A DNA stretch of 63,082 bases, counting the filler, from Conidiobolus incongruus B7586 (Eukaryota): the NCBI GenBank assembly GCA_000697335.1. It is 9 parts of 9 records of this genome, joined end to end, with 100 filler letters (N's around TTAATTAATTAA, not from the genome) between each part and the next. Parts side by side here need not be neighbours in the genome. Positions count along the whole stretch, not along the records: positions 32,311 to 41,720 come from JNEM01006602.1; positions 41,821 to 43,235 come from JNEM01006603.1; positions 43,336 to 63,082 come from JNEM01006604.1; 6 more parts are not named here. One strand, written 5' to 3'. A program made the translations under genes and the position numbers. Shown here piece by piece: positions 41,302-56,429 of this stretch; within the stretch, counting starts at the first letter, position 1; the number at the start of each line of letters is the position of its first letter. The notes under the pieces are model-generated. The model had not been told where the DNA came from. It was given only the letters and a program-made list of their open reading frames with translations, and ran no database searches.

Positions 41302-41720
41302 TATTACCATGGAATCAAAGAAATGGGAAATTTTTTAATTTCCAATTTTTCAAACATATTATTAGTTTCAAATAAGCAAATATATACAAAGCAAATAGGA
41401 AAATAAATAGTTTTGAATTATATATATATATATATATATATAATAATTTTTTTGATTAAAAAATGAATTTTTTAAAATTAGTTGTTTAATTTAATCATGC
41501 TTAAACCAAATAGTGACCATCAAAAGTCTTTTATTTTAGTATCAGTAAAACTTAACCACAAACCCTCTAAAATCATTCAAAATTTACAAACAGCTTTTTG
41601 TAATGAAGCATTATCTAAATCAACAATTTATTGCTGGGTAAATTACTTTAAGGCTGGGAGAGAAACTACCCAAAACTTGCCAAAATCTGGAAGACCAATT
41701 TCAACTGTCACTCTTCCAAT
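41302..41720 (+). mobile_element. Mariner element 5' end with open transposase N-terminus (ATG 41497), cut by gap
   Basis: The 5' TIR is TATTACCATGGAATCAAAGAAATGGGAAATTTTTT. The HTH region LSKSTIYCWVNYFKAGRETTQNLPKSGRP is typical of mariner transposases. Confidence 0.9.
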
Positions 41721-41873
41721 NNNNNNNNNNNNNNNNNNNNNNNNNNNNNNNNNNNNNNNNNNNNTTAATTAATTAANNNNNNNNNNNNNNNNNNNNNNNN
41801 NNNNNNNNNNNNNNNNNNNNATATATAATTTAAATAATAAATATTCAATTTTTTTTTATTTTTTATAACTTAA

Positions 41874-43235
41874 TACATTAACTTGTAAAAGTGAGTAATA
41901 AAATCAAAAACACCTATATTTTTACTAATAACTTGATTAATATTTAATAAAATAAACCTAAATTAAATAATTAAAATCTATTATATTTATTAGTTATATA
42001 TATCATTAAATGATGATATTTAGCTATTAATTGGTTAAAATATAAACCTTTAAATTTTACCTAAGGTGAGTTATAAATTTGTAGGTTTTTGGTGATAAAA
42101 AAAAATTAAAACCTAGTGTATCTACCTTTAGCTTTTCTAACTTCTTTAAGTTTATAAGGTATAAAATCAATTAACTTCTTACACTAAAAATGGTAAATCT
42201 TGTTCTATACTTCTTGAACATATTTTTAAAGTTGATCTAAATTTTTTGTTAGGGGGAAAGCTTTAATAGCTTTTTTTAACTAATCTTAAAAGTATTCAAT
42301 TAAATTAAAGTTAAGAGATTAAAAAAGCTACTTTATAACTATTATCTTGTTATTTTTAAGTTATTTGGTAGTAAAAGTTGTAATATAACAAAAGGTATTA
42401 TCTTACTAAAAAATAACATTAAATTTATTTAACCTATATTATTCAATAGTTTTTTTCAATTTATTGTTTAAAATACTTTACTACATTTTAATATTAATTC
42501 CTTTATTAACTTTATAAAGATACCTTATACCTAAAGACAATATATATCCCTAAATAATAATTAACCTACTATTATACTTTTAGGTAAAATTAACATAATA
42601 GTTATAAAGTAATTTTGTATTTTTTCTAAAGCATTTAGCTTTTCTATTAAATCTACTAAAGTATATTTTTATTTCACTAAACTAAATAACCTTACTTTAA
42701 TTAGTTTTAATTTAATATTAGTAGTAACATTTAAACTCTTGTTTAACTTTATAGTAGGATTTTTTTAATTGGGGGTGTTTTTTCTTAAAGTGTAAATAGT
42801 ATCTATGTTAATGTAAAGTATATATAATAATATTAATGCTAATTAATATTCTTGTATAGTTTTATAATTCTTATTATATTTCTATAGTAGTACTATACTT
42901 GCTTATATTAACTAACCTATAAATATACTTCTTATTATGTTTATTTATAATTTTAACACACTTAAGTTTAAGTTTAAATGTTTCTTTATTGTTATTCTTA
43001 ACAACTCTAGCTATAGTAAACTAGCTAACATTAGTAATTCTAGCAATATTATAAGTTAATTTACTTTTTTTATAAAGTTGATTAATACACAAGTAGATTT
43101 TTTTAGAGAGGGATTTAGGTATAATAATACTAATAAAAAAAATTTAGTATATCTGTAAAATATTATATAAAATAATAACAAAGAGAGAAAAAAGATATGG
43201 TTATATATTGTTAAATATATCCCTTTATCTCAAAA
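41874..43235 (-). mobile_element. Tc1-like element, diverged subfamily B
   Basis: Colinear with 38321-39676 but with a distinct TIR and many substitutions. The 5' TIR is lost in the gap. Confidence 0.85.
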
Positions 43236-46161
43236 NNNNNNNNNNNNNNNNNNNNNNNNNNNNNNNNNNNNNNNNNNNNTTAATTAATTAANNNNNNNNN
43301 NNNNNNNNNNNNNNNNNNNNNNNNNNNNNNNNNNNTAAATAATTATCCTTTTATATAATATTTAAGAATAACTTATGTTATTATAGCTTTATATTATAAT
43401 TAATCTATATTGATAAATATAATATTTATTTATTATAATTTATAAAGATAATAATTTTAATATAATTTGGTATTTTAAGTTAGGTTTAAATAAATAATTA
43501 AATAACTAGTTATATGATATAATAATAATATTAATTTATTATAAAAGGATTGTTTTTTAAATTTAGTAAGTTTTATTTAATTATTATAATTTTAACCCTT
43601 TTTAAGGTTTAATTAAATTTTAAAATATTTAGTTTTATATTTAAATTAATTAAGATTTTGATATATAAATACTTATATTATTAATATTAAGGTAATTTAA
43701 TTTTTTTTAAATAAAAAACAATTTTTCAATATATTTTTTAACTATAATAATAATTAAAAATTATTGGTTAAAATTAATTTCTTTTATATCTATAAAGATA
43801 TTTAATTAGAAATATATGGTTAATTAGAATGAAACATTTTTTAGCAATTATTTATCAATTTTAAATGATTTTAGAAATTATGTGGTAAAGTTTTATTAGT
43901 ATAAAAATAAAAAATCTATGATGATAATTATTTAGCTTAAATATAACTAAAATAAATAATAAATTTCAAAAGTTAATTTTTTAATAAAAACTCATTTTGC
44001 ATCTATATATAAAAATTAATTTAAAACTCTATTTTTTCTTATCTATTTTATATATATTATTTTTTTTAAATAAATAATATGTTAAAAATCACAAATTAAA
44101 AAATTTCTTGTTTTTTGTCTTAAGGTAATAATTAAATATAATCATTCTATAAACAAGAATTATAATATTTAAATCATTCAAGAGATATAAGTTTTGAACC
44201 GAATTATAATATGTAATAAAAAATATAATATATTTTGATTTTGGTTAATTAAATGTTGGTTATCATTTTTAATTAGAAATATACTAAACTATGTTTAAAC
44301 TATTTCAAAATAAAACTTTAGTGATAAAACTATAAAAATATTGTGATTTTTTTATTATGTTTCATATTCATATTTTATAATAAATTAAATACTAGTAATT
44401 ATTATATTATATTAAAAAGTGAAAAATAATGTTCTAACCAATATCCAATATTACTTAAGAGATATAAGTTTTAGGGTTTATAATGAATTTTAAATAACCA
44501 ATTAAATTCTAAACTTTAAATAAAGCTACATTGAAAAAATATATTATACCCATATTGTCTGTGCATATGATTTGACTAATGAATTTAATTATTTGAAATT
44601 TTACATGGAAATATATTCAAAAGGCAAATAAAATTTTTAATAAAATATTTTTTAAACAGTGTTTGAATAAAATATTATTAAATTTGATAATGATGTTTTC
44701 AAGTTAATTAGTGTTGCAAGAATGTAATTTGAATTTGATTAATATTTATAATCATAACTTATATAGCTCGTATTTTTATTCGACAATGTATATTACATCC
44801 GAAATCAGAAGATTAAAATTAATTAAATCATTCTGTTCTAGTATGGTGCCAAGTTGTCCAATTTGTTTTTTAAATAATTTAAATAATTGAAATTAAACAA
44901 CAAAAGTTGACGATATCTATAGATAAAATATATTCTAAATTTGATCAGCAAATATTCCAAAATCAGGCTGTTATTCATAGTACTCAATATAGTTAACCAA
45001 TAATATCGTTGCTCCGTATACATATGTAGAGCAGAGCCTACATTGTAAATAAATAAAAATGAAATTTAAGTTTCAAAGTTGCAAATTTTTAATTACTTTT
45101 GACATCATAAAAAATACCTTAATTTATTATACTTCCAATTAATAATATATATTTTCTTTTAATCCAAAATTGCTAAAGTACACCTCTAATATCTTGTAAT
45201 ATTAAAAATATAAATATTCTTGTTAATTGTTGACAGAATATTCCTCTTTATATTATTTATATTAATTTAATTTGATTGTTTAATTTATTAGAAAGAGATT
45301 AAAAATAATGACATTTTTATTTCAATTATGAATTATTATATTTAAGTATTATATGTTCACTATATTTCATATCAAATAATCAATTTTTTTGGAATATAAA
45401 ATATTGAAATATACCTCATGAATGCTTAGATTTTTGTTACTTTAAAATATATATTTATTGATAAAATTTCAAAAAATTTATATATATTTTTTTCAATTCT
45501 ATTTGTTTTCAAAATATGTGAGAATCTAATTAAGGAATTACATTATAGTGAACAAACAAATCGTTTTATAGGGCTGATTTTTTTTCAATTTTATAGCTTT
45601 ATTACATAGTATATACTGGTAAAAGTTATAATATTATTATGTATAATTGATAATTGATAATTAACATTAATTGCCAAACTTAATTAAAACATATTCGATT
45701 AAATGGAATTTAAAAATTTATTAATAAGATGTTAACACTTATTTTAACTAATGTAAATAAAATCTAAAAATTCATCATATCTTTAATATTTGAATTAGAA
45801 TTTTATCAGCTCAAATCATTTATTTGATATCCGTTGATTTTGAGGCTCTTGACTAATAAAATAAACATACTTGATTTAGAAAGATTTATTTTACAATTAA
45901 GTCTTTATAATCAGAGAAGCTAAAGTTGAATCTTTAGTTATTTAGCATTTAATAATTGAAATGATAAATTGATATATAACCTCAAAATTATTCAATAATT
46001 GTTTTTCATTTTTGAAATATTAAAATGAATTTATTAACGATGATATGCAAATGAATTAAAAATGAAAATAGCTAAAATTGTAAATAGTAAAGATATACAC
46101 TAAAAAAATGTTGAAAAGGAATATTTCACTAAGAATTATCAATCCACCAAAAGTTAATTCT

Positions 46162-47493
46162 TTAATATTCGGGTAAATCTTCATTTTGGTCGTTAGATGC
46201 AGCAACTTTATAGTCCATTTCCAAGTGACCCAAGTCTTCTCGAGCTTCCGAAAATTCACCCTCTTCCATGCCTTCTCCAACGTACCAGTGGACGAAGGCA
46301 CGCTTGGCATACATAAGATCGAACTTTCTGTTCAAGTTAGCCCAGGCATCTCCTAAGGCGGTATTGTTACTGAGTACGCATACTGCGCGCTTTGTAGGCG
46401 CTATAACGTCTCTATCAACAATGGAAGGCGGTTCATTGTTAATACCAAGCTTGAGCCCCCTGGGAGACCAGTCCACAAACTGAATGGTTTTCTTAGTCCG
46501 AAGCCCAGCCATTGCGGTATTAGCTTCCCTTGAAGTGACGTCGCCGCGGAACAACAGGAAGGATGCCATATATTTACCCTTTGTGGGATCGCATTTCATC
46601 ATGGTATTTGATGGTTCATAGCAGGCATTGGCAATTTCGGCAGCAGATATAGTTTCATGAATGGTACGACTTGTTGGGATAATGGGACTGTAACTGACCA
46701 AGGGGAAATGGATGCGTGGAAGAGGAACCAGATTGGTTTGGAATTCGTTCAAATCCACATTCAGTGAACCTTTGAAACGTAGTGAAACAGTGATTGAAGA
46801 GACAGCTTGGGCAATTAATCTGTTAAGATTAGCATAATTGGGGCGCTCGATACCCAATTTCTTCTTACAGATGTCACTAATAGCCTGATTGTCTACTAAG
46901 AAAGAACAGTCAGAGTGTTCCAAAGTACTGTGAGTGGTCAAGATAGAGTTATAGGGCTCTATGACAGCGGAAGATACTTGGGGTGAGGGATAGATGGAAA
47001 ACTCCAACTTTGACTTTTTTGCATAATCTTGAGAGAGGCGCTCCAAAAGAAGAGCTCCAAAACCAGAGCCTGTACCACCGCCGAAGGAATGGAAAAGCAA
47101 GAACCCTTGAAGACTAAGGCAGTTTTCGGCGCGTACTCTGATATTATCGACAACTTGATCAATTAGCTCTTTACCAATAGTATAGTGACCGCGTGCATAG
47201 TTGTTGGCAGCATCTTCCTTGCCACTGATCAAAGTTTCGGGATTGAAGAGCTTGTTATAAGATCCTACACGCACTTGGTCAACAGCAGAGGGTTCAAGGT
47301 CAACATAAACAGTACGCGGCACATACTTAGCATCTTTGGTTTCTGAGAAGAAAGGGCTCGGATCACCTTTGACTTCAGAATCTTGTAATTTTCCATCGGG
47401 GCGGATACCGTGCTCCAGACAATAAAGTTCCCAGCAAGAGTTTCCGATCTGGACGCCCGCTTGACCAATGTGGATAGAGAGTACTTCGCGCAT
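46162..47493 (-). CDS. TUBA: Alpha-tubulin, divergent isotype, intronless
   Basis: 443-aa ORF with [57 protein letters not shown] and C-terminal EY. Confidence 0.97.
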   Translation of the reverse strand: MREVLSIHIGQAGVQIGNSCWELYCLEHGIRPDGKLQDSEVKGDPSPFFSETKDAKYVPRTVYVDLEPSAVDQVRVGSYNKLFNPETLISGKEDAANNYARGHYTIGKELIDQVVDNIRVRAENCLSLQGFLLFHSFGGGTGSGFGALLLERLSQDYAKKSKLEFSIYPSPQVSSAVIEPYNSILTTHSTLEHSDCSFLVDNQAISDICKKKLGIERPNYANLNRLIAQAVSSITVSLRFKGSLNVDLNEFQTNLVPLPRIHFPLVSYSPIIPTSRTIHETISAAEIANACYEPSNTMMKCDPTKGKYMASFLLFRGDVTSREANTAMAGLRTKKTIQFVDWSPRGLKLGINNEPPSIVDRDVIAPTKRAVCVLSNNTALGDAWANLNRKFDLMYAKRAFVHWYVGEGMEEGEFSEAREDLGHLEMDYKVAASNDQNEDLPEY

Positions 47494-49906
47494 TTTAATT
47501 AATTTTATTACCTTATTTAAGATTAAGACTGTTTAAATTTCAATATAGATAAATTATATTATTATGCTTCCAATCTATTAATTAAATTTTTTTAAAATAT
47601 TTTCATTTTTTGTTTTGAACTGTTTGAATAACAATTAGCTATAAATTGAAATAAATATAGCTGGAATATATTCTCAGTTTCAGACATATGGGGTAGATTA
47701 TATAGTTTGGTCGAAAAGTTGGTGGAATGGGAAAAATTGTGAGTTTGAAACATTTAGAACAAGCTCGATTCACTGATTATGGGATGAATTGTTTTATTAG
47801 TATATGTTGTCATGTTATTTAAGGATTGCTCCTGATCTTCAAATCCCAATTTCCATTTACATTATAATCTTTGAATTTGAGCTTGTGCAGTATTTTGCCT
47901 AAGGAATAACTATGTTAATGCTGAACTAAATTTTATATTTAATCCAAATTCATTAAATCATCAAGCTAATTCTGAATTTTTCCACAGCTATTTATCATTA
48001 ACTACCACACACCAAAGACCATTATTAAATTGAAAATTTTTGTATGAGATTAAAAATATATAATGAATATGATTACTAAATACAAAATACTTCATTAACT
48101 AGCACGAAATTTGATATTTTAATTTATCTCACAACATTTTAGAGAGGTCGAGGTATATTTCAGCATAACAAAAGATTAAAAACTAGTTTGGGTTCACAAT
48201 ATGTATATTTTTTTTCAAATTTTTTCCTCTGAAAGAATATTAAGATTTATCATATTTAACATAATTATTACAAATCTGTTTTTATTATTTAAGTATGATT
48301 TAGATAGTGATAATTTCTAATTATTTATTGCTCTTAGAATAATATATATATTTGTATAAAAACTTTATTTTAATTTGAAAGTGTAATAACTAATAATAGC
48401 TTAATCAATTTTAGTGCGGCATATTTAAACTAAATTTGAATCTAATTTTCAAAGAAAATTTCATACAATTTCTTAGACATGTACAAATTAAAATCAATCA
48501 TAAATACAAGTTATTGTGATGCAAGAAATGGATTATCTTTCACCTGATTTATTTGAGAGCTAGTTTATAATCATATATATTGAATTTGATGTAAAATTAA
48601 ATCCAATATTATATCCAAAATTACTATAAATATTTGCAATTTTCTAATTGTTGGTAATATACACTTTTTTAATTGAATCATATCAAACTAATCTATAATC
48701 AATTTCCAGGATAACATATAAAGTTTGACTTTTATTACTATAAATTAAAACAAATTTGAAAATTCAAGAGATAAAATTTTATTTGATTTTTCAACACTAT
48801 AAACATTTTATAACAAGAAGAATATTATTTAAAAACTCTAAAACATCTTTCCTAAATAATTAAATATTTTACTAAATTTTTCATATTATATATAATCAAA
48901 ATTAAAAACAGTGAAATGTTAATTATATGAGTTTATAAAGATCAAATTAATGTTCTAAATACGAAGTGTATATTTTGTTACTTATTTTATATTCAAAAAT
49001 TTTAATTTATTTTGTTTCAATTTTAAAATCACAATTTTTTGACAAATAAAATATTCTAAACTCTTATATATTCATAATTATAAAACGATTACTATTTTAT
49101 TTACACTAATATTTAATAAGAAATTTTATTGATAATAATCTCATTAAATGATTTTCAGAGATTAAAAATTATCAAATGCCACTTTTATATCTTGACACTT
49201 AATCATTTTCTCTATTTTTATATATAAAGCTAAGCATATTATATATACATAAATTTTAAATATTGTAAGAATAATTTTCAATATCATATTTAATTATGGA
49301 TGTAGGTTAAACTAATTAAATTCTAAATTTTCTGGTTTATTTAGTGAAAATTTCGCATAATATTGAATTTACCATAGATCGATTTTTGAAGTTAAATATC
49401 TTTGTTTTCAATTTATCAAAAGTAATGTTTATATCCTAAAAGTCCAAATCTTTTCAATATATTTATAAATTTTTATTAATAAAAATTTAATAAATTTTAA
49501 TGGCTTAAATTCAAAAAGGTATTTATTAGTTATAAATTAAATGAAATCATAAATGTGAGATTTATTAGATCTATCATGTTTATGGTATTATATACCGTGA
49601 GTATTAAATGAATATACTCACTAAAGGAAGATTTATAAAACAGATATACACTTTAGATCCAAAATATTATCTCACAAATAATATATCTGTTAAACATTTC
49701 TTGAAAGAATGTAAGGTGAAATTATATAAAATACAACTAAAATATATAAATATTTTATTTTGATTTTGTACATTGAAATAAAATCAACTCGTTCATTATT
49801 ATACGAATACTGTTTAATTATAGTTAAAAAAGTAAATAATAATGATATATATCTCAATCTGCTTAATATATAATATATCACTTAAAATCATCAATCAGGT
49901 CAAAAT

Positions 49907-51238
49907 TTAAGCTCTTTTAATATCATCTGCTCCTTCAGTTTCATTATTTGTATCTACAGTATTAAAATCCATTTGCAAGTGATCCAGGTCTTCACAAGCT
50001 TTGAAAAACTCACCCTCCTCAATACCTTCTCCAACATTCCAATGGATCAAAGCGAGTTTTCATGCATGAGATCGAACTTTTTGCTTAATTTCATCCAGGT
50101 GTGTCCTATCTTAGTATTGTTGCTTGATATACACACCTAAATATAAGTTTTTGACATGACGTCGGCTTCAATTAAGATTAGCTTTTTGCTATTGATACTG
50201 ATTTTGAACCTCATAGGACATCATTCTACCAACTGCATAGTACTATTATGTCTGATATTACCAGCCACCATGTTGGCTTCGCTAGAATGCACATCACCGA
50301 GGATCAATAGGCAAGAAATCAACTATTTACCCTAGATAAGATCACATTTTGCTATGGTATTTGAAGGTTCATAACATGCATTGGCAATTCCTGAAACAGA
50401 TGCATTCTCATTACCGGCACGATTATTTGTGATAGTGAGTGCATAATTAACAAGAAGGAAGTGAATATAAGGAAATGGTATCAAATTGATCTGGAATTCG
50501 CTTAAGTCAACGCTGAAAAAGCCTCTGAATCAAAGTGAGAATGTGGTTCAAGAAGTCAGTTGATCAATTAATTGATTAAAGTTGATATAATTTGGGCACA
50601 TAATACCCAATTTGTTTTTACAAATATCGCTGATGACCTGATTATCAAACAAGGAGACATCTGAATGCTTTACTTTGGTTTCGATGGTCAAGGTCTAGTT
50701 GTAAGGCTCGATCTCAGCAGATGGCATTTTGGGAGAAGGATATATGGAATTCCGACTTATATTTTTTATAAATTAAGGTCTCAAATCGATCTAAAAATAG
50801 TGAACTGAAACTGGAACGTGTACCACCGCCTAATGACATAAAAATCAAGGGACCTCGAAGACTCTTATATTGGTCGGTTTGTTTGAAGATTTGTTCAACA
50901 ATGCTATCAATAATTTCAGTGTCAACTTTGTAACAATCGCGGACATAGTTGTTGGCACCATTTTAATTATCATTGGTCAAATTTTTGGGCTAAAAGCTTG
51001 CTATAGAATTTAGTGGGCATTTTATCAACAACAGAAGGCTTAAGATCGACGAACAATGAACATGATACAAACTTACCTCCTTGAGTTTCCGAAAAAAAGC
51101 GGTTGGGCTACCTTTGAATTCGAAACATTTGAAACTCTCCATCAAGGTCAATACTGTGCTCTACGTAGTACAGTTCCCATCAGTCGTTTCCTATTTGGAT
51201 ACCAGCTTGGTCAATGTGGATAGAAAGTACTTGGGCAT
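49907..51238 (-). pseudogene. TUBA: Alpha-tubulin pseudogene, sister of the divergent isotype
   Basis: Full-length remnant (LSIHIDQAGIQIGND*WELY...GGTRSSF...VDLSEFQINLIPFPYIHF...VGEGIEEGEFFKACEDLDHLQMDF) with frameshifts and stops. Confidence 0.9.
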
Positions 51239-54233
51239 TTTTTGAATCATTTTAATCATTATAGAATAATAATTGTTTAAACAAAATATTACATAAAAAT
51301 ATTCAGACTAATAAAATTTTGAAATTATGTTAATATTATCGTTAATGGTAAATATATATGAAATAATTATTTTCAAAAAAATTAAGCTAAAATCTATTGA
51401 AATTAAAGTCAAATGAATATTACCTACTTTAATTATATTTTCTAATGAAAGCATCATCAATTCTTTGCACTAAATATATATTAATTAATTTTAAACTATG
51501 GATTAATAAGTGATTAATAAATTACTTTAACTACATCTTTAAAGCTAATATATATACACTTATAAAACAGCATCACTAAATCAAATTGTATTATATTCAA
51601 TTGAATATATATAATATCAATGAACAAATAACCAATATAGTTATCAATTTTTCTTATTCATTATCTATCGAAATATTTATACATTAAATTTTATCAGTGT
51701 CTACTAATTTATATATGTTAAATTATATATATAATTTTAAAGTATATACAAAAACAGAAACACTTCGAAAATTTAAAAATATATATATATATATATAATA
51801 ATTTCATATATCTAAAATGACATAACGAATAATTTTAAGTATTAATGATGATATCGTTTTTTTTGAAAAATAATACCTTGATATGATAATGTTTGAAACG
51901 TGAAATAAATTCCTAGTTTGTGTTAAGATTTAAAAATTAGTTCAAAAATAATATGTAATGTATTAATAAATAACAAGCATATTTCCAATAAGGCACAGTA
52001 TTATGGTATCTCTAAATCTAGCAAATATATATCCACTATGCATATAATATATGTTTTGGAAAATGAATTCACGAGTATAATACCTTAATTTTTTATTACT
52101 CAAGAAATCCAAAATGTATTACATAGAGTATATTTCGACTAATTTTCAAGCAAATTTCATTTAAAATTTGAGTTTTAATGCATACAATGATCAGGATATT
52201 GTAATTGATTCATAAACCAGTTGAAAACATAAATGAAAACTTATTCATATGTGACGCTGGAGAATTTTGTTAAGATGCTATAAAATATTCATATGGTTAG
52301 CTAATTAATTATTTTACAAGATTTTATATTTGCTATGGGAGTGACTTCATGCACCCATCTTAGAAACTTCGGTTTCCACACTAAACAGAAAAATCAATGA
52401 GACGAACTAGTCAAGCACAAGATTAACAAGACCGCTCTCAATTAATAAGCAAAATAAGCCACGTATACTAAGTTTTTTGGTATAAAAACAACCCTCAATC
52501 CACGCATAATACATTTATATTGTATTCTTTAAAGTATAACTTCTTATTTCTTACTCCTGACTCATACAAGTTGTTGTGAAACCGCGAGGGTGAGATAATT
52601 ACTTCCAGCAGATACCTTAACTAAGCTTAATCAGAACTAACTTGCAATCTTAAAAGTGTCCCATTCAAGTGATCTTATAGCTTATCACCCTTCAAAAGTC
52701 GATAACATCCCCATTCTTACCGGAAGTTATCGCTCGCTTGAATAGACAGCCATATATTACATATTTTTAATAAATTGCCTAAAACCAAATTAAGTGAAAA
52801 TAGAGAATAATTATAAAATTAATTTTATTACTGAAAAACGGTAATTAGTAATAAATAATATATAATATTACACTATGATTTATTCAAATATTGATAAAAT
52901 TTGTATTTGTAAATTAAATAATTGGATGTCAAATCAATCAAAAATACTCTTATTAACATATTTCAAAAAATAAGATTGTTGAATTTTTGATAAAATTGAT
53001 CAAACTTGTATCTGATATTAATAGACTTAGCATTTTTGATTTTAGGAATACTACAATATATATAACTCAATAGCACTTCTGATATTGATTGATCTAATTC
53101 ACTGAAGAATAAATATTTAAAATTTTACCATTTTGGTTTATAATTAATCAATTATTTAAAAAAAACCATTATAAATTCAATAATATTTATATTATTTATC
53201 AAAATAGAAATGCGTGATAAAATAAAGCTCTTGTCTTGTTGACATTAGAGTATACTTTTTAATTTTTTTAATTTTTTTTAATTATTTTAATTATTTTAAT
53301 TATTTTAGAATTATTCTATTAAGTAAATACTAAATTTGGTATAAAAATCAATACTTTACAATTTCAATTATATTATCATTTTCACATTTTGAGCATTATT
53401 TACATTTTTGGTGATGTGTAAATTAAAATGAATCAGATCTTTGATTCAGTAATGAGAAGCCATCATTCTTTACAATTGAATTTGGGTCTAAAATCAAGCC
53501 TTTTAAATTTCTTGAGCTGAAATCAAGCATATTATTATTTAAGGTAGCTTGAAATTAATTGCATATATTTCTTAGATATATACAAAATATAAGATTTCTT
53601 TAAATAATCAATTATTATTGTATTATTAAATATTGATTATTATTAAAAAGTTTGAAGTACTAATAATAGCGCTATTGATAATTGTAATGATGGTACAAAT
53701 CAACAGGAATGTATTACATTATTACAAAGTATGGTGGGTATCAAGATTATTTGAAATATGTACATAATAATTAAGAAAAAATGATTTAATCTTCATCTGA
53801 TTTTGCGATATACATATTCAAATAATTTTATGCCTATTAAATCTTAAGAATTAGAATATCTAATATTTTAATATTTGCTATGTCAAAAAGTTACCTATAC
53901 AACTATAAATATACGGTACAAACATTTATAAGAGTGAGTGGGTTATATTTCCCGATTGAATTTTTGATTTAAATTGAGTAATGCTCCAAATTAAAAAATA
54001 TACAGAATCTATAGAATAGTATTCAAAAATTCGGATTGTGTAAATAAATTGAAAGGAATATAATTGGTAAGTTGATCAGTTGAAGAATATAAAACTATCT
54101 TAATAGCGATTATTTCACTAAATTGAATAATTAAATAATTTCATTATCAATACAATAATAAGGAATCAAATTAAATTAATAAACAAAGAGGAATATTTAG
54201 TACAGTAATCAAATAAATATTAAATCAAAAGAC

Positions 54234-55571
54234 TTAGTATTCTTCCATAACATCATCTTCATCACCATCTCTGGCAACTTCTTCGTAATCCTTTTCGAGA
54301 GCAGCCAAATCTTCACGAGCTTCGGAGAATTCACCTTCTTCCATACCTTCACCAACGTACCAGTGGACGAAAGCGCGCTTGGCGTACATGAGATCAAATT
54401 TGTGATCCAAACGAGCCCAGGCTTCGGCAATGGCGGTGTTGTTGCTTAACATACAGACAGCACGCTTGACGGGAGCCATATCACCACCAGGAACAACAGT
54501 AGGAGCTTGGTCATTGATGCCAACCTTGAAACCACAAGGAGACCAGTCGACGAATTGAATGGATCTCTTGCCACGGAGATTGGCAATGGCAGCGCTGGAG
54601 TCCTTGGAGGTGACATCACCACGGTACAACAAACAGGCAGCCATGTACTTACCATTGCGAGGATCACACTTAACCATGGTGGAAGAGGGTTCAAAACAGG
54701 CAGTGGAAATTTCGGCAACAGTTGAAGATTCGTGACCGGCGCGGGAAGCGGAAATAATGGGATTGAAAGAAACCAAAGGGAAGTGAATACGGGGATAAGG
54801 GACCAAGTTGGTTTGGAATTCGTTCAAGTCGACATTGAGGGAGCCTCCAAAGCGGAGGGAGGCGGTGACAGAGGAGACAACTTGAGCGATCAAACGGTTG
54901 AGATTGGTGTAGTTGGGACGTTCAATGTTCAAGTTCTTCTTACAGATGTCGTAGATAGCTTCGTTATCGACTAAGAAGGAACAGTCAGAGTGTTCCAAAG
55001 TGCTGTGAGTAGTAAGGATGGAGTTGTATGGTTCAACAACAGCAGAGGAGACTTGAGGGGAAGGATAGATAGAGAATTCAAGCTTAGACTTCTTACCATA
55101 GTCGGTAGAAAGACGTTCCAAAAGGAGAGCACCAAAACCGGAACCAGTACCACCACCAAAGGAGTGGAAAATTAAGAAACCTTGGAGACCGGAGCAGTTT
55201 TCGGCTTGCTTGTGGATACGTTCAACAACATCATCAATCATTTCCTTACCAACGGTGTAATGACCACGAGCATAGTTGTTGGCAGCATCTTCTTTACCGC
55301 TGATCAAAGTGTCGGGGTGGAAGAGTTGACGGTAGGGACCAGTGCGAACTTCATCAACGACAGAAGGTTCAAGGTCGACAAAGACAGTACGGGGAACGTA
55401 TTTACCGCTTGAAGTTTCTTGGAAGAAAGTACCAGGATTACCGATAGGGCCTTCGTTATTGACTAATCTACCATCTTGGCCGATACCATGTTCTAAGCAG
55501 TACAATTCCCAACAGGCGTTACCGATTTGAACACCAGCTTGACCGACATGAATAGAGAGAACTTCACGCAT
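54234..55571 (-). CDS. TUBA: Alpha-tubulin, intronless
   Basis: 445-aa ORF with all canonical alpha-tubulin motifs, C-terminal EEY and strong codon bias. Confidence 0.98.
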   Translation of the reverse strand: MREVLSIHVGQAGVQIGNACWELYCLEHGIGQDGRLVNNEGPIGNPGTFFQETSSGKYVPRTVFVDLEPSVVDEVRTGPYRQLFHPDTLISGKEDAANNYARGHYTVGKEMIDDVVERIHKQAENCSGLQGFLIFHSFGGGTGSGFGALLLERLSTDYGKKSKLEFSIYPSPQVSSAVVEPYNSILTTHSTLEHSDCSFLVDNEAIYDICKKNLNIERPNYTNLNRLIAQVVSSVTASLRFGGSLNVDLNEFQTNLVPYPRIHFPLVSFNPIISASRAGHESSTVAEISTACFEPSSTMVKCDPRNGKYMAACLLYRGDVTSKDSSAAIANLRGKRSIQFVDWSPCGFKVGINDQAPTVVPGGDMAPVKRAVCMLSNNTAIAEAWARLDHKFDLMYAKRAFVHWYVGEGMEEGEFSEAREDLAALEKDYEEVARDGDEDDVMEEY

Positions 55572-56429
55572 TGTTAATTATTGGTTATTAAGTTATGTTT
55601 TATTATGACAAACTCAGGTACTTTTGTCACCATTATTCACAGCTAATATTTGAAGATATGTCGAATAAAATCAAAGTATGGGATTTTTATAATCAATTAT
55701 AATTGAGATTAACAATTTAACAATTTACATGACAAGATATTCCATATACTTATTTTCCAAGTATATAAAGGCTAAGAACAATCCATTATGATAATTATTA
55801 TATTAATATTATTTTTAAAGTACTTGATATTTGATTCATATCGTTTAGCATAATATACATGATATTTATTGAATTGAAAACAAATTTAGAACAAAATTGA
55901 ATGAATTAAACCATCTGCTATATTGTTATGATTATATTCTAATACTAACTATTGTTTATGGAATATTAACTAATGTTATAACATAAAAAACTTAATTTTT
56001 TATCTTATAATCAATGCATTTCTAAACATAATATATATTATTAAATTTACTTGGAATTAAAATTTTTAGATGACTTCACATATTTCAAAAACGATGATAT
56101 CATTTCTTTTTGAACCATTCGACCAATTGTAAAGTTATTCATTAATTAAACTGGTAAAAATTATAGCTTGAATATTAACTCGGAATCTGAAAAAATGAAC
56201 AAATAATATGCTTAGATAAAGCAATATTAAGTCAAACTGATAGTATTTTTATTCATAATAAGAAGTTATATTAATCTTAATCAGAGCTCATGAAATAAAA
56301 ATCATTTCGGCAAATCCCATACTCTATACTAAATTAATTAAGGTATTTGTGTGAATTTTAATTTCATTCAAAATTTAAACCGTCATAATCATACGTAAGG
56401 TCAATCATTAGATAACACACAAATATAAA

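Noticed and set aside
14324..43335. Eight regularly formatted TTAATTAATTAA motifs embedded in N runs
   Set aside because: Artificial six-frame-stop contig linkers, not a biological repeat or CRISPR array. Adjacency and distances across them are uncertain.
52330..52760. GC-elevated island between tubulin genes
   Set aside because: The frames examined are interrupted by stops, and no tubulin or RNA-gene similarity was recognised.
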